NCBI GenBank assembly: GCA_963817955.1
Contig: CAWFQK010000004.1
Coordinates: forward strand, 736,001-800,000
From: an uncultured Gemmatimonadaceae bacterium
Lineage (GTDB): Bacteria > Gemmatimonadota > Gemmatimonadetes > Gemmatimonadales > Gemmatimonadaceae
Direction: 5' to 3'
Length of the DNA: 64,000 nt
The position numbers and the translations under genes were made by a program. The notes under the pieces are model-generated. The model was not told the origin of the DNA, did no database searches, and saw only the letters and a program-made list of their open reading frames with translations. Positions 13,626 through 23,852 of the stretch are shown here, piece after piece; position 1 is the first letter of the stretch, and the number at the start of each line of letters is the position of its first letter.

Positions 13626-15187
13626 CAGCCTGGGCCGACGTTCGGCAGCTCGGCGAGCACCGGGTACCGCGACGGCCGAGTGTCGAACGTCCAGACACGG
13701 CGCAGTTCGTTCACGATGTCGTCGAGCACAATGCCGCGCACAACGCTCGGCTCGTTGAACGACACGCGCTCGGCGGCCCGTCCATGCACCCAGGCGGCGA
13801 CGGCGCCGGCGACGAGCGGGTCATCTGATTGGCCGAGGAGCGTGCCGGCAATGCCACTCAACACGTCGCCGCTACCTGCGGTAGCCAGGGCCGGCGTGCC
13901 GCTGGCGCTCACCAATCGGCGCCCGTCAGGCGCGGTGATCACCGTAGGAACGCCCTTCAGCAATACGGCAGCGCCGAGCTTTGAGGACACCGAACGCGCT
14001 GCCTCGAAACGGGTGGCGAGTACGTGGTCCACGCTGTCGCCTGAAAGTCGCGCGAACTCGGCCGGGTGCGGCGTGAGCAACGCCTGGCGGCCGGCGAGCA
14101 GGTGCGCCAGTTCGGGCCTGCGGCCCTCGAACAACGTGATCGCGTCGGCATCGAGGAGCGTCGGTCCGGTGAACGCGTGCAGCACGCGGCGCAACACGTC
14201 TTCGCTCTCGGTGGTGCGACCGAGTCCGGGTCCAATGATCACCACGTCTGCCCAACTCGCGATGTCGCGCACGGCACCAGCGTCGTCCAGCGGCCAGGAC
14301 GCGGCCAGCGCGTACGGCTCGGCCTCCTGCACCCGTGAGAGCGAGGTAGGAGCGACGATGAGCTTGACCATGCCCGCACCGCTCCGCAACGCTGATCGGG
14401 CCGCGAGAATGGCGGCGCCGGCCATTCCGTTCGCGCCGCCAATGATCGCGACCTTCTTTCGCGTTCCTTTATGGGCGGACGGGTCGATCGCCGGAACGTG
14501 CGCACCAACCCAGGCTTCGTCCACGAGTTGCGGAGCGCCATCGCCCGGCGTTGAGTGCGCACCCAGTCCAATGTCGAGCACGACGATGTCGCCGCAGGCG
14601 CCGCGGTTCACGAGGTGGCCGCGCTTTGCCGTGCCGAACGTGAGCGTCAGGTGGGCGTGCACGAAACATCCGCTGGACACGCCAGTACTAGCGTCCATGC
14701 CGCTCGGCACGTCCACGGCAACGATGGTGGCGCCGCGGCTACGAATGGACTCCAGGCCGCCAATGACACTGGCGATCGCCCCGCGGGGCGCACCGGTGGC
14801 CCCCGTTCCCAACAATGCATCGACGACGAGTGCTTCACCGCCGTCGAGTGGTTCGGTACTCGCGGTGACGCCAGGCTGCTCGAGAGCGAGCGTGCGCTCG
14901 GCGCGCGCGTCGTCGGTCTTCGCCTCGACAGGCTCCACGACACGAACGCGAACGCCGACGGCCCCGAGCGCACGGGCAATGACCCAGCCGTCTCCGCCAT
15001 TGTTACCGGGGCCGGCGAGTACCAACACGCCGCTTGCAAGCTGCTCGCGGTAGCGTAGCGCGATCTCGCTGGCGGCTGCCGCTCCGGCGCGCTGCATCAG
15101 AGCGCGCGACGGCGTACCCGCGGCAATGGCCGACGCGTCCCGCGCCGCCGACTCCGAGCTGGTGACGACGTGGACGAGGGTCCGCAC
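13625..15187 (-). CDS. nnr: bifunctional NAD(P)H-hydrate epimerase/dehydratase
   Basis: 'LMQRAG', 'GPGNNGGDG', 'HKG', 'DADA', 'TPHPAEF', 'ATAGSGDVLSG'. Confidence 0.93.
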   Translation of the reverse strand: MRTLVHVVTSSESAARDASAIAAGTPSRALMQRAGAAAASEIALRYREQLASGVLVLAGPGNNGGDGWVIARALGAVGVRVRVVEPVEAKTDDARAERTLALEQPGVTASTEPLDGGEALVVDALLGTGATGAPRGAIASVIGGLESIRSRGATIVAVDVPSGMDASTGVSSGCFVHAHLTLTFGTAKRGHLVNRGACGDIVVLDIGLGAHSTPGDGAPQLVDEAWVGAHVPAIDPSAHKGTRKKVAIIGGANGMAGAAILAARSALRSGAGMVKLIVAPTSLSRVQEAEPYALAASWPLDDAGAVRDIASWADVVIIGPGLGRTTESEDVLRRVLHAFTGPTLLDADAITLFEGRRPELAHLLAGRQALLTPHPAEFARLSGDSVDHVLATRFEAARSVSSKLGAAVLLKGVPTVITAPDGRRLVSASGTPALATAGSGDVLSGIAGTLLGQSDDPLVAGAVAAWVHGRAAERVSFNEPSVVRGIVLDDIVNELRRVWTFDTRPSRYPVLAELPNVGPG

Positions 15188-15206
15188 GTGATGATCGAGT
15201 GAGCCG

Positions 15207-15404
15207 CTACTTCTGCGAGATCCCGATGGTGCGCCCGTAGCTCAATTCACCGTTGTCGATGCGGAGATTGAAGCCACAGTCGGGATTCGTGCACGCCCAC
15301 GCCTTGTACGTGATCGGGGCGCCGTCGCGACCGTAATCGCTGAGCGGCAGCAGGATTCCCGTGCTGCACTTCTGACAATTTGGCCATTCCAACGGAGTAT
15401 CCAT
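15207..15404 (-). CDS. small Zn-ribbon hypothetical protein
   Basis: Two Cys pairs (CQKC, CTNPDC) in 65 aa, in line with neighbouring genes. Confidence 0.7.
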   Translation of the reverse strand: MDTPLEWPNCQKCSTGILLPLSDYGRDGAPITYKAWACTNPDCGFNLRIDNGELSYGRTIGISQK

Positions 15405-15409
15405 AAATG

Positions 15410-15796
15410 TCAGACCTCGAGCGCGCTGCACCAGGGATACTCGCGCTCGAATGCCTGATCGAAATCAAACACGTCGACGAACTCGCTCCGGGTGTCGGTG
15501 GGCTGGCTCATGAGCAAACCGAGATCGACGAGGGTGAACACGACGGCGCCGATGTCGCCACTGGTCCGCATTCCCCAGTGCTCGAGCACTGGGCGCGCCA
15601 TGACCCCGAACCGATCGAGGGCCATATCCCGGCAAGCCAACGCGAGCTCTCGCCCCGTGATATGACGGCGCTCATCGAGCCGTTGCTGGCAATACTCGAG
15701 GGCGGCGAGTACGAACAGATACGCGCGCTCGTCGAACCGCGGCTCGTGCAGCCGAATACGGTCCATGATGCCATCTCGAAATGCCAGTTCCGCCAC
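15410..15796 (-). CDS. Minf_1886-like conserved protein
   Basis: 'AYLFVLAAL...RHITGREL...FG.MA..VL..WG...DIG..VF.LV..G.L' pattern, GTG start. Confidence 0.75.
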   Translation of the reverse strand: MAELAFRDGIMDRIRLHEPRFDERAYLFVLAALEYCQQRLDERRHITGRELALACRDMALDRFGVMARPVLEHWGMRTSGDIGAVVFTLVDLGLLMSQPTDTRSEFVDVFDFDQAFEREYPWCSALEV

Positions 15797-16020
15797 CGCG
15801 TGCCTCGCTCCAACCGTTATATGAGGAACGGCGGGACTACGCGCGTCCCGCCGACGACAGGAAATTGACGATTGGACGCCGCCTCCACAACTCCCTTGAC
15901 GGAATGTGGGTAGGCAGCATGCCGGGCTCGCTGCTAGATTACCCCCCGCTGGCGAAGGGCCGGACCCCGTACCAAGGGGATGGCACGCGCCGCGCCGGTC
16001 CACCAGTCCTCCATTCGAAT

Positions 16021-16962
16021 ATGCGTGCCCCCAAGTACGACGTAGCGATTACCGCCGCCGACTTTGACGCATTGGCAGTGGCGGAGCTGAAGCGACGCCT
16101 CGAGCAGCGCCTTTCGAAGCCCGTCTACGCTCCGCCCCGCGCCGGAGACACGCCACGCACGGACGCCGACTTGGCCGCCATTCAGAAGGCGATCGAGAAG
16201 GAATCGCGGGTCGTGGTCGTGCTCCATCAACGGCTCTGGGGCGTGACGCCTGTCACAGCGCCAGAAGCGGCAGCCTTACAGGCACGCATTGGCAAGGTCA
16301 AGCACAAAGATGTCGTCGTCGTGCCCATCGATACCTCGCCGGTGCCGACCTGGCTCAAGGCCACGATGGTTCGATCGGAGGGCGATCCGACCAGCGCCGC
16401 GGTGATTGACGCAATCATGAACGCGGTGGACCATGCCGGCGGCTCGCCCAAACGTGTCACGGACGCAATCATCGCGGCGCATGTGGCCGAGGACGCGCGA
16501 CGCGCGCAGGCACGCACCACCTTCCTCACGTCGCAGCGAGCACTCACGCTGATCAACCGCGAGCTGGACTCGCTGTCGGCAACGGTGCTCAAGCTTTGCC
16601 AGAGCACGCTCCCGGAAGGAGTCGCCGCCGAAGCGCGCCGGACACCTGACCGCTACACCGTCCAGATTGGACCGGTGGGTCTGAGCTTTTCATGGATTCG
16701 TGGCCGCTCCAATTCGATCGCCGACGGGCAGCTTCTCGTCATTGAATGGAGCGGCACACTGGGCGACCAACAGGGTGTAGCCGCTGCGCGCACGGCCATG
16801 CCGGCGTTCGAGCACGTCCTCCAACCGCACGCCACGAGCCCCGAGGACTGGCAGTGGCGTCGCGCGGATCTCGATCTCTGCTGCTATACGACGCGGGATC
16901 TGGCGGAGCAGTGCGTCGCGTCAGTGGTGAGGCGACTGCCTGCGCCGGTGGTCGTGAGTTAA
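16021..16962 (+). CDS. divergent TIR-domain protein with uncharacterised C-terminal domain
   Basis: 'YDVAIT...D...ELKRRLE', 'AIQKAIEKESRVVVVL', 'WGVTPVTAPE' and 'VVVVPID...PTWL' follow the TIR fold pattern. Confidence 0.6.
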   Translation: MRAPKYDVAITAADFDALAVAELKRRLEQRLSKPVYAPPRAGDTPRTDADLAAIQKAIEKESRVVVVLHQRLWGVTPVTAPEAAALQARIGKVKHKDVVVVPIDTSPVPTWLKATMVRSEGDPTSAAVIDAIMNAVDHAGGSPKRVTDAIIAAHVAEDARRAQARTTFLTSQRALTLINRELDSLSATVLKLCQSTLPEGVAAEARRTPDRYTVQIGPVGLSFSWIRGRSNSIADGQLLVIEWSGTLGDQQGVAAARTAMPAFEHVLQPHATSPEDWQWRRADLDLCCYTTRDLAEQCVASVVRRLPAPVVVS

Positions 16963-16966
16963 CAGA

Positions 16967-17401
16967 GCTGTCATCCTGAGCGACGGGCTGTCATCCTGAG
17001 CGACGGGCTGTCATCCTGAGCGAAAGCGAAGGATCTCTGTGACCGATAGACCAGCTTTTTAACGCAGAGGACGCAGAGAACTGCAGGAGGTCGCAGAGAA
17101 CTGCAGGAGAACTGCAGAGGACCGGGAAGGATTGTCTCGCCTGGAAATCTTGGCTGATGCCGTCGTGATGCTCCGATGGTATCGCCCAGGTTGGGATCAT
17201 CAACAATATAGGTGGAATGAATTTTGGACTCGGCATCCACAATTCATTCCACCTATACGCGCCTCCCTCTTCCATACGCTTACAAGTTTTCTTTTACAGT
17301 TCTCTGCAGTTCTCTGCAGTTCTCTGCAGTTCTCTGCGTCCTCTGCGTTAAAAAGCGGTTCTGTCAGTCACAGAGATCCTTCGCTTTGCTCAGCATGACA
17401 G
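16967..17401. repeat. Composite palindromic MITE-like element, copy 1 (REP arms, AACGCAGAG/AGAACTGCAG repeats, structured core)
   Basis: GTCATCCTGAGCG x3, then GAAGGATCTCTGTGAC..TTTTTAACGCAGAGGACGCAGAGAACTGCAG, mirrored at 17324-17401. Core is homologous to 62105-62275. Confidence 0.85.
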
Positions 17402-17416
17402 GCTTTGCGAGGGTCA

Positions 17417-18694
17417 TCAGGTCCAGTAAAGGCAGAACTCCTTCGTGAGCGCCAGAACGTCCTGGCGCACGGCAGCCTTCACTGATGCATCTTCGGGCGC
17501 TTGAACCACGCGATCGATCAACTCGGCGATTCGCACCATCTCCGGCTCGCCCATGCCGCGGGTGGTCACGGCGGACGTGCCGATCCGAATGCCGCTCGTC
17601 ACGAAGGGAGACTGCGTTTCCTTCGGCACCGTGTTCTTGTTCACCGTGATCGCGGCCTCGTCGAGCGACGTCTGCGCGAGTTTGCCGGTGAGATTACGGT
17701 TCCGGAGATCCACCAACATCAGGTGATTGTCGGTACCCCCGGAGACGATCTTGAAGCCGCGGGCCGACAGCGCGTTGGCGAGCGCGCGGGCGTTCGCGAT
17801 GACGCGTGCGCCGTACGCCTTGAACGCCGGTGTCGAGGCTTCCTTGAAGCACACGGCCTTGGCGGCAATCACGTGCTCGAGCGGGCCGCCCTGACTTCCG
17901 GGGAACACCGATTTGTCGATCCCCTTCGCATGCTCGGCGCGGGAGAGAATGAGACCACCGCGCGGTCCACGTAGCGTCTTGTGCGTCGTCGTGGTGACGA
18001 CGTCGGCATGCGGCACCGGCGACGGGTACACGCCCGCGGCTACGAGGCCGGCGAAGTGCGCCATGTCCACCATGAAGACCGCGCCCACCTCGCGCGCGAC
18101 CTCGGCGAACGCCTCGAAATCGATGACACGCGAGTACGCACTGTAGCCCGCGAGAATCAGCTTCGGCTTGTGCGCGCACGCCTTGGCGCGCATGTCCTCG
18201 TAGTCGATCAAGCCGTCGTCTGTCACGCCATACGAGATGGCATTGAACAGGCGACCCGAGAAATTGACGGGCGACCCGTGCGTCAGGTGACCGCCGTTCG
18301 ACAGATCCATGCCGAGGAACGTGTCGCCCGGGTTGAGAAACGTGGTCATCGCGGCGTAGTTCGCCTGCGAGCCGGAGTGCGGCTGCACGTTCGCATGATC
18401 GGCCCCGAATAGAGCCTTGGCCCGATCGATGGCGACCTGTTCAATGCGATCGACTACCTCACAGCCCCCGTAATAGCGCTTGCCCGGCAATCCCTCGGCA
18501 TACTTGTTCGTGAGCGCCGATCCCATGGCCTCGAGCACCGCCGGTGACACGAAGTTCTCGCTGGCGATCAATTCGAGTCCGTCGGACTGGCGCCTGATCT
18601 CCTCGTCGATCAGGTCCGCGATGTCGGGGTCGTGCTCACGCAACGCTGCGCCCGGGGAACATAAGCAGTGCTTCGTCAAGTGGTTGTTCATCAC
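17417..18694 (-). CDS. glyA: serine hydroxymethyltransferase
   Basis: 'ELIASENF', 'NKYAEG', '[14 protein letters not shown]'. Confidence 0.98.
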   Translation of the reverse strand: MMNNHLTKHCLCSPGAALREHDPDIADLIDEEIRRQSDGLELIASENFVSPAVLEAMGSALTNKYAEGLPGKRYYGGCEVVDRIEQVAIDRAKALFGADHANVQPHSGSQANYAAMTTFLNPGDTFLGMDLSNGGHLTHGSPVNFSGRLFNAISYGVTDDGLIDYEDMRAKACAHKPKLILAGYSAYSRVIDFEAFAEVAREVGAVFMVDMAHFAGLVAAGVYPSPVPHADVVTTTTHKTLRGPRGGLILSRAEHAKGIDKSVFPGSQGGPLEHVIAAKAVCFKEASTPAFKAYGARVIANARALANALSARGFKIVSGGTDNHLMLVDLRNRNLTGKLAQTSLDEAAITVNKNTVPKETQSPFVTSGIRIGTSAVTTRGMGEPEMVRIAELIDRVVQAPEDASVKAAVRQDVLALTKEFCLYWT

Positions 18695-19137
18695 TCAGTG
18701 TCCTTCTTTTCGATTTTCTCGACGCGCCGCGCGTGACGTCCGCCCAGAAACGGTGTGTCGAGCCACATTTTGAGAATGGCAATTCCCTGCTCTTCCGATA
18801 GAAAGCGCGCCGGCAGCACGAGCACGTTCGCATCATTGTGCTCACGCGCCAGCTTCGCGACCTCCGGATTCCACGCCACCGCGGCACGGACCCGCGGATA
18901 CCGGTTGGCGGCGTAACTCATACCCAACCCCGTGCCGCACAGCAAAACGCCGCGCTGCACCGCACCCGCCGACACCTGCTGCGCCAGGGGATGTGCATAG
19001 TCGGCGTAATCGGTGGAGTCCATGCTGTCTGTGCCAAGGTCCTCGACGTCAAACCCGAGGCGACCCAGCGCGGCCTCGAGCTTTTCCTTCAGCTCGAAGC
19101 CGGCGTGGTCGGAGGCGATCAGAATGTGTTCAGCCAT
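18691..19137 (-). CDS. rpiB: ribose-5-phosphate isomerase B
   Basis: 'ASDHAG', 'CGTGLG', 'EHNDANVL', 'GGRHARR'. Confidence 0.95.
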   Translation of the reverse strand: MAEHILIASDHAGFELKEKLEAALGRLGFDVEDLGTDSMDSTDYADYAHPLAQQVSAGAVQRGVLLCGTGLGMSYAANRYPRVRAAVAWNPEVAKLAREHNDANVLVLPARFLSEEQGIAILKMWLDTPFLGGRHARRVEKIEKKDTE

Positions 19138-19138
19138 G

Positions 19139-19191
19139 CGAGAGATCCTTCGCTGCGCTCAGGATGACAGTGGTTTTATGCTCAGGATGAC
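19139..19191. repeat. REP-like repeat (GAGATCCTTCGCTGCGCTCAGGATGAC)
   Basis: Same motif as at 17007-17043, 17368-17401, 31450-31510 and 62325-62400. Confidence 0.85.
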
Positions 19192-19208
19192 CGTGCGCAG
19201 GCGCACGG

Positions 19209-20279
19209 TCACTTGTTCGGCCACTGCGGCCAGGTGCGAACCATGGAGCCTACAGCCCGAATGCGCTGCTCGGCCAGACGATCGGCGGCGAGATAGGTCG
19301 GGATCTTCTCGGTGTTCGCGATGCGGTACACTTTCAGGATCGTGTCATAGATCTCATCAGCCTTGCGGAACGCGCGTGCTGACGTCCAGCCGGCCAACTC
19401 GCTGTACACGTTGATCACGCCACCGGCGTTCGCGACGTAGTCAGGCGCGTACATGATGTTGCGTTTCTCGAGCTCATTGCCATGCCGCTCTTCGAGCAGT
19501 TGGTTATTCGCGGCACCGGCGACAATGTCCACCTTGAGCTGCGGGATGGTCTTGTCGTTGATGATCGCGCCAAGCGCGCATGGTGCGAAGATGTCGGCCT
19601 GCACGCCGTAGATCTCATCGCTCGTCACTGCCCGAGCGCCAAACTCGGTCACGACGCGCTTCACACACTCGGCGTCGATATCGGTGACGATGAGCTTCGC
19701 TCCCGCCGCGTGCAACTCCTTCGCGAGGTACGAGCCTACGTGGCCGCATCCCTGAATCGCCACAGTCTTGGTGCTCAGATCGTCGCTACCCCAGCGCTCC
19801 TTGGCCGAGGCCTGGATGGCGCGGAACACGCCGTGCGCCGTCACTGGCGAGGGGTCGCCCGACCGGCCGGCAAGACCGCTCACGTACTCGGTCTCCATGT
19901 GGACGAAGTCCATGTCGGCCGTGTTCGTGCCAACGTCCTCGGCGGTGATGTACCGGCCACCAAGACTCTCGACAAAGCGGCCGTGCGCGCGAAAGATCAT
20001 CTCGCGATCGGCGGTCTTGTTGTCGCCGAAGATCACAGACTTGCCGCCGCCCAGGTTCAGGCCAGCCACGGCATTCTTGTACGTCATGCCGCGCGCGAGT
20101 CGCAGCGAATCGACGATCGCCTCTTCGTCGGTGGCATAGTTCCAGAAGCGCGTGCCGCCGAGCGCCGGGCCAAGCACGGTGCTATGAACCGCGATGATGC
20201 CGCGATAGCCTGACGCCGAATCCTGGCAGAGCACGAGCTGCTCGTGGCCCATGTCGGCGATGGTGTCGAAGAGCTTCAT
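19209..20279 (-). CDS. Glu/Leu/Phe/Val dehydrogenase (leucine dehydrogenase-like)
   Basis: 'GPALGGTR', 'MTYKNA', 'GGGKSV', 'TAEDVG', 'GAANNQL'. Confidence 0.93.
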   Translation of the reverse strand: MKLFDTIADMGHEQLVLCQDSASGYRGIIAVHSTVLGPALGGTRFWNYATDEEAIVDSLRLARGMTYKNAVAGLNLGGGKSVIFGDNKTADREMIFRAHGRFVESLGGRYITAEDVGTNTADMDFVHMETEYVSGLAGRSGDPSPVTAHGVFRAIQASAKERWGSDDLSTKTVAIQGCGHVGSYLAKELHAAGAKLIVTDIDAECVKRVVTEFGARAVTSDEIYGVQADIFAPCALGAIINDKTIPQLKVDIVAGAANNQLLEERHGNELEKRNIMYAPDYVANAGGVINVYSELAGWTSARAFRKADEIYDTILKVYRIANTEKIPTYLAADRLAEQRIRAVGSMVRTWPQWPNK

Positions 20280-20360
20280 GTGTGAGGTCTAGGGATGGGG
20301 TCTGAGGTCGAGGTCCAGCGTAGGCAGGAACAACGTGGGGCACGTGCAACGGGCAACGAT

Positions 20361-21525
20361 CTACCTCTTCGAGTACAGCTCGCGAGCAATCACTATGCGT
20401 TGGATCTCGGAGCTACCCTCGTAAATCTCGGTGACTTTGGCATCGCGGAACAAGCGCTCCACGGGAAAGTCCTTCACGTAACCGTAACCGCCAAAGATCT
20501 GGATGGCTTGCGTGGTGACCCACATGGCCGTCTCGCTCGCCAACAACTTGGCCATGGCGCTGAATTGCGTCATGTGCTCGCCACGGTCCTTCGCGTGAGC
20601 CGACATGTGGAGCAACGCGCGAGCGGAGGCAACGCGCGTAGCCATGTCCGCGAGCTTGAACTGAATGGCCTGGAATTCCTTGATCGGCTTTCCGAACTGC
20701 TTCCGCTCCGCGGCATACGCGGCGGAGTAGCGCAGCGCGGCTTCGGCAATGCCGATGGACTGCGCGGCAATCCCGAGGCGGCCGTTGTCGAGCGATTGCA
20801 TGGCATAAATGAACCCGCTGCCCACATCGCCGAGCAGCCGGTCACCCGGAACGCGCATATCGGTAAAATTGATCTGCACCGTGGGCGAAGCGCGCAGCCC
20901 CATCTTGTCTTCTTTCTTGCCGACGCTGAAGCCGGCGAAGGTCGGGCGTGATGATGAAGGCACTGATCCCGCGTGCCCCACGCCGGTCATCGGGCGTATC
21001 GGTGCGCGCCATGGCGATGATGACCTCGCCCGCCGTGCCGCTCGACACCCATGCCTTGGTGCCGTTCAGAATCCAGTCGTCGCCGTCGCGAACCGCTTGC
21101 GTCCGCAGCGACGCGGCATCCGATCCCGCCTCGGGCTCGGACAGGGCAAACGCGGCCAGGAGCTCGCCGCGCGCCGCGGGCTTCAAATAACGCTCTTTCT
21201 GGTCTTCTGTTCCCCATCGCAGCAGCATCTGCGTCGGGAGCGAATTGTGCACGCTGAGCATGACGGCAACCGAGGCATCCACACGCGCGATTTCCTCGAG
21301 CGCCACGAGATAGGTGAGCGTGTCGAGCCCCAGACCGTCGTACTCCTCGGGGATGGTCATGCCCAGAAAGCCGAGCGCGCCGAGCTTGCCCACGAGTGAC
21401 GGCTCGAAGTACGCGTCGCGATCCCACTGCGCGCTGTATGGCGCGATCTCATCGGCCGCGAAATTCCGTGCGACCTGCTGAATCTCGCGCTGGACTTCGC
21501 TGAGCGGGGTTAGTGCCCAGGCCAT
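20361..21525 (-). CDS. acyl-CoA dehydrogenase (frameshift near 20940)
   Basis: 'FALSEPEAGSDA', 'LNGTKAW', 'RKQFGKPI', 'IFGGYGY', 'IYEGSSEIQR'. Confidence 0.92.
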
Positions 21526-21573
21526 GACATCAACGGTAAGGGGTGGTGTGAGGTGTGGCTTTCGAGCTTACCG

Positions 21574-22419
21574 TCAGTACGCATGGAACCCGCGCTTCGT
21601 TTTCCGTCCGAGCCATCCGGCCGCGACGAACTTCCGCAGCAACGGGCAGGGACGGTACTTCGGGTCGCCAAGTCCGTCGTGCAGCACCTCGAGAATCGCG
21701 AGGCAGGTGTCGAGACCAATGAGGTCCGCGAGTGCCAGCGGTCCCATGGGATGGTTCATCCCGAGCTTCATGACCGTATCGATGGCGTCGGCGGTCCCGA
21801 CGCCTTCCATGAGGCAGTAGATCGCCTCATTGATCATTGGCATCAGGATGCGGTTGGCGACGAATCCGGGATAATCCTGCACTTCCACCGGTGTCTTGCC
21901 CACCGCCTTGCTCAACTCGAGCACGCGCCCCATGGTCTCGTCCGACGTCGCGAGACCGCGGATGACCTCCACGAGCTGCATCACCGGCACGGGATTCATG
22001 AAGTGCATGCCGATGACCTGGTCCGGACGCTTGGTGCGCCCGGCAATCTCCGTAATGGAGATGGAGCTGGTGTTGGTCGCGAGGATTGCGCCGGGGCTCG
22101 CGACGGCTTCCAGTTCGCCGAAGATCTTGAATTTCAGATCGCGATTCTCGGTTGCCGCTTCGATGATGAGCGACGCGCCGCTTGCCGCGCCGATCTGCTG
22201 CGCAGTCGCCACACGTCCAAGGATCAGATCCTTGTCCGCCGGCAGGAGTGCGCCCTTCTTGATCTGTCGATCGAGGTTCCCGGCGATGGTCTTCGTACCG
22301 CGCGCCAACGCGTCAGCAGAGACGTCGATCATGGTGACGTCATATCCGCTCTGCGCGAACACATGCGCGATTCCGTTGCCCATCTGTCCCGCGCCGATGA
22401 CGGCCACACGTTCGGCCAT
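21574..22419 (-). CDS. 3-hydroxybutyryl-CoA dehydrogenase
   Basis: 'VIGAGQMGNGIA', 'NTSSISI', 'GMHFMNPVP', 'HPMGPL'. Confidence 0.93.
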   Translation of the reverse strand: MAERVAVIGAGQMGNGIAHVFAQSGYDVTMIDVSADALARGTKTIAGNLDRQIKKGALLPADKDLILGRVATAQQIGAASGASLIIEAATENRDLKFKIFGELEAVASPGAILATNTSSISITEIAGRTKRPDQVIGMHFMNPVPVMQLVEVIRGLATSDETMGRVLELSKAVGKTPVEVQDYPGFVANRILMPMINEAIYCLMEGVGTADAIDTVMKLGMNHPMGPLALADLIGLDTCLAILEVLHDGLGDPKYRPCPLLRKFVAAGWLGRKTKRGFHAY

Positions 22420-22424
22420 TGGTG

Positions 22425-23300
22425 CTATGTCTCCTGGCGGCGTGTAGTCCGTCCGCGCCGCGCAAAAAGGTATACGATGCCTATGCCCATCCCGAATCCG
22501 GCGGGGATGCCGCCTTCGGGACCCCATGCACCCCCAGTTGCCCAGTCCGGCCCCGCATCAACATAACGGTACCGCGGCGATTCAAGCGGGTAGCCGCTCA
22601 CCGCGGTGTGAAAGATGACCGCCATCGTCCAATTCCAGGCGAAGTGCGCCATCCACGCGGCGTACAGGCTCCGCGTAGCGTACAAGACCCCCGCCAAGAA
22701 AAACCCCGCGAGCGTCACCAACACCACCGATTCGGCGGTCACGCCCTTGTTCCCCAGGTGCAGCAGGCCAAAGCCGACGCTCGTCGTGATGATCGCCCAC
22801 GGCCAGCCCCAGGACTCGCGCAGTACGGAGAGGATATAGCCCCGCGTCAGCAGCTCTTCGACCAGCGCGGCCGGCAACAGAAACAACGTGATGCGCGCTG
22901 CTGCTCCAGCCCACGAGCCGGCGCCTGATACATCCAGTCGCAGCCAATGGACACCGATCAGCAGTGCGATCGGCACTCCGATCGCCAACCCGCCGGCAAG
23001 CAGTCCAAAGCCAAAGAGTGAGGGGCGGGCCGCGTCGTTCCCCAGCCAGACGTCGCGCCATGGCCGCTTGTCGATCAATTGCAGGCAGACGGCGGTGCTG
23101 GAGAGGAGCCCGATGACTTCGATCCACGACTCGGTAGTTACACCGCGCGCGCCAATGAGCGCGAAGAGCCGAGTGATGAGCGGACCGGCGAACGCTGCGG
23201 AAACGAACAGCGTGGCGAGCGTGACGAAGAAGAAGATGAGAACGCGCCAGGGCGCGCGAAGCGCCCCGGTTTCACCGTAGAAGACCTGCCGCGCGTTCAA
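22425..23300 (-). CDS. CPBP (CAAX) family intramembrane metalloprotease
   Basis: 'EELLTRGY', 'FGLLH', 'HFAWN'. The start codon (TTG) is approximate. Confidence 0.85.
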   Translation of the reverse strand: MNARQVFYGETGALRAPWRVLIFFFVTLATLFVSAAFAGPLITRLFALIGARGVTTESWIEVIGLLSSTAVCLQLIDKRPWRDVWLGNDAARPSLFGFGLLAGGLAIGVPIALLIGVHWLRLDVSGAGSWAGAAARITLFLLPAALVEELLTRGYILSVLRESWGWPWAIITTSVGFGLLHLGNKGVTAESVVLVTLAGFFLAGVLYATRSLYAAWMAHFAWNWTMAVIFHTAVSGYPLESPRYRYVDAGPDWATGGAWGPEGGIPAGFGMGIGIVYLFARRGRTTRRQET

Positions 23301-23851
23301 GCGCCGCGGCGCGTCTTCCGAGGACCAGTGACCGCTGCCGCCACGAGCGCCTTCACGATGTCGAGCGCCGCGAACGGAGTCACGCCGAGCTGCACCGCCC
23401 GCGCAACGCCGCCGCTGAGCAGCGCGAGTTGGGCAATTCCGCCCACGAAGATCACCGCGATGCCTGCGACACCAGCCACCCAGCGGCCATTCAACGACGA
23501 CGCACGCCGCGCCAGCGTGCCCGCCACCCACGCGGCGGCGGGATACGCGAGCAGGTATCCGCCCGTGGGTCCAAAGAACCGCGCGATACCGGGCAGGCCC
23601 ATGGGCGTGAACACCGGCAGCCCCGCTGCGCCAGCCGCCAGATACAGCAGCATGCTGGCAACGCCCGCCGCCGGCCCAAGCCACATGCCGGCGAGAATGA
23701 CGAGCATTGGCTGGAGCGTTACCGGCACCGGCGTGAACGGCAGCGGAATGGCCACCTGTGACGCCGCCGCGACGGCAGCGGCAAAACCGACGACGCCAAT
23801 GAGCGACGTGCGGTCGGTAATGGACGAGAGGCGTTGGACGTTCGTCGTCAT
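23297..23851 (-). CDS. bioY: biotin transporter BioY
   Basis: 'PVPVTLQ', 'GLPVF', 'GPTGGYL'. Confidence 0.92.
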   Translation of the reverse strand: MTTNVQRLSSITDRTSLIGVVGFAAAVAAASQVAIPLPFTPVPVTLQPMLVILAGMWLGPAAGVASMLLYLAAGAAGLPVFTPMGLPGIARFFGPTGGYLLAYPAAAWVAGTLARRASSLNGRWVAGVAGIAVIFVGGIAQLALLSGGVARAVQLGVTPFAALDIVKALVAAAVTGPRKTRRGA

Positions 23852-23852
23852 G

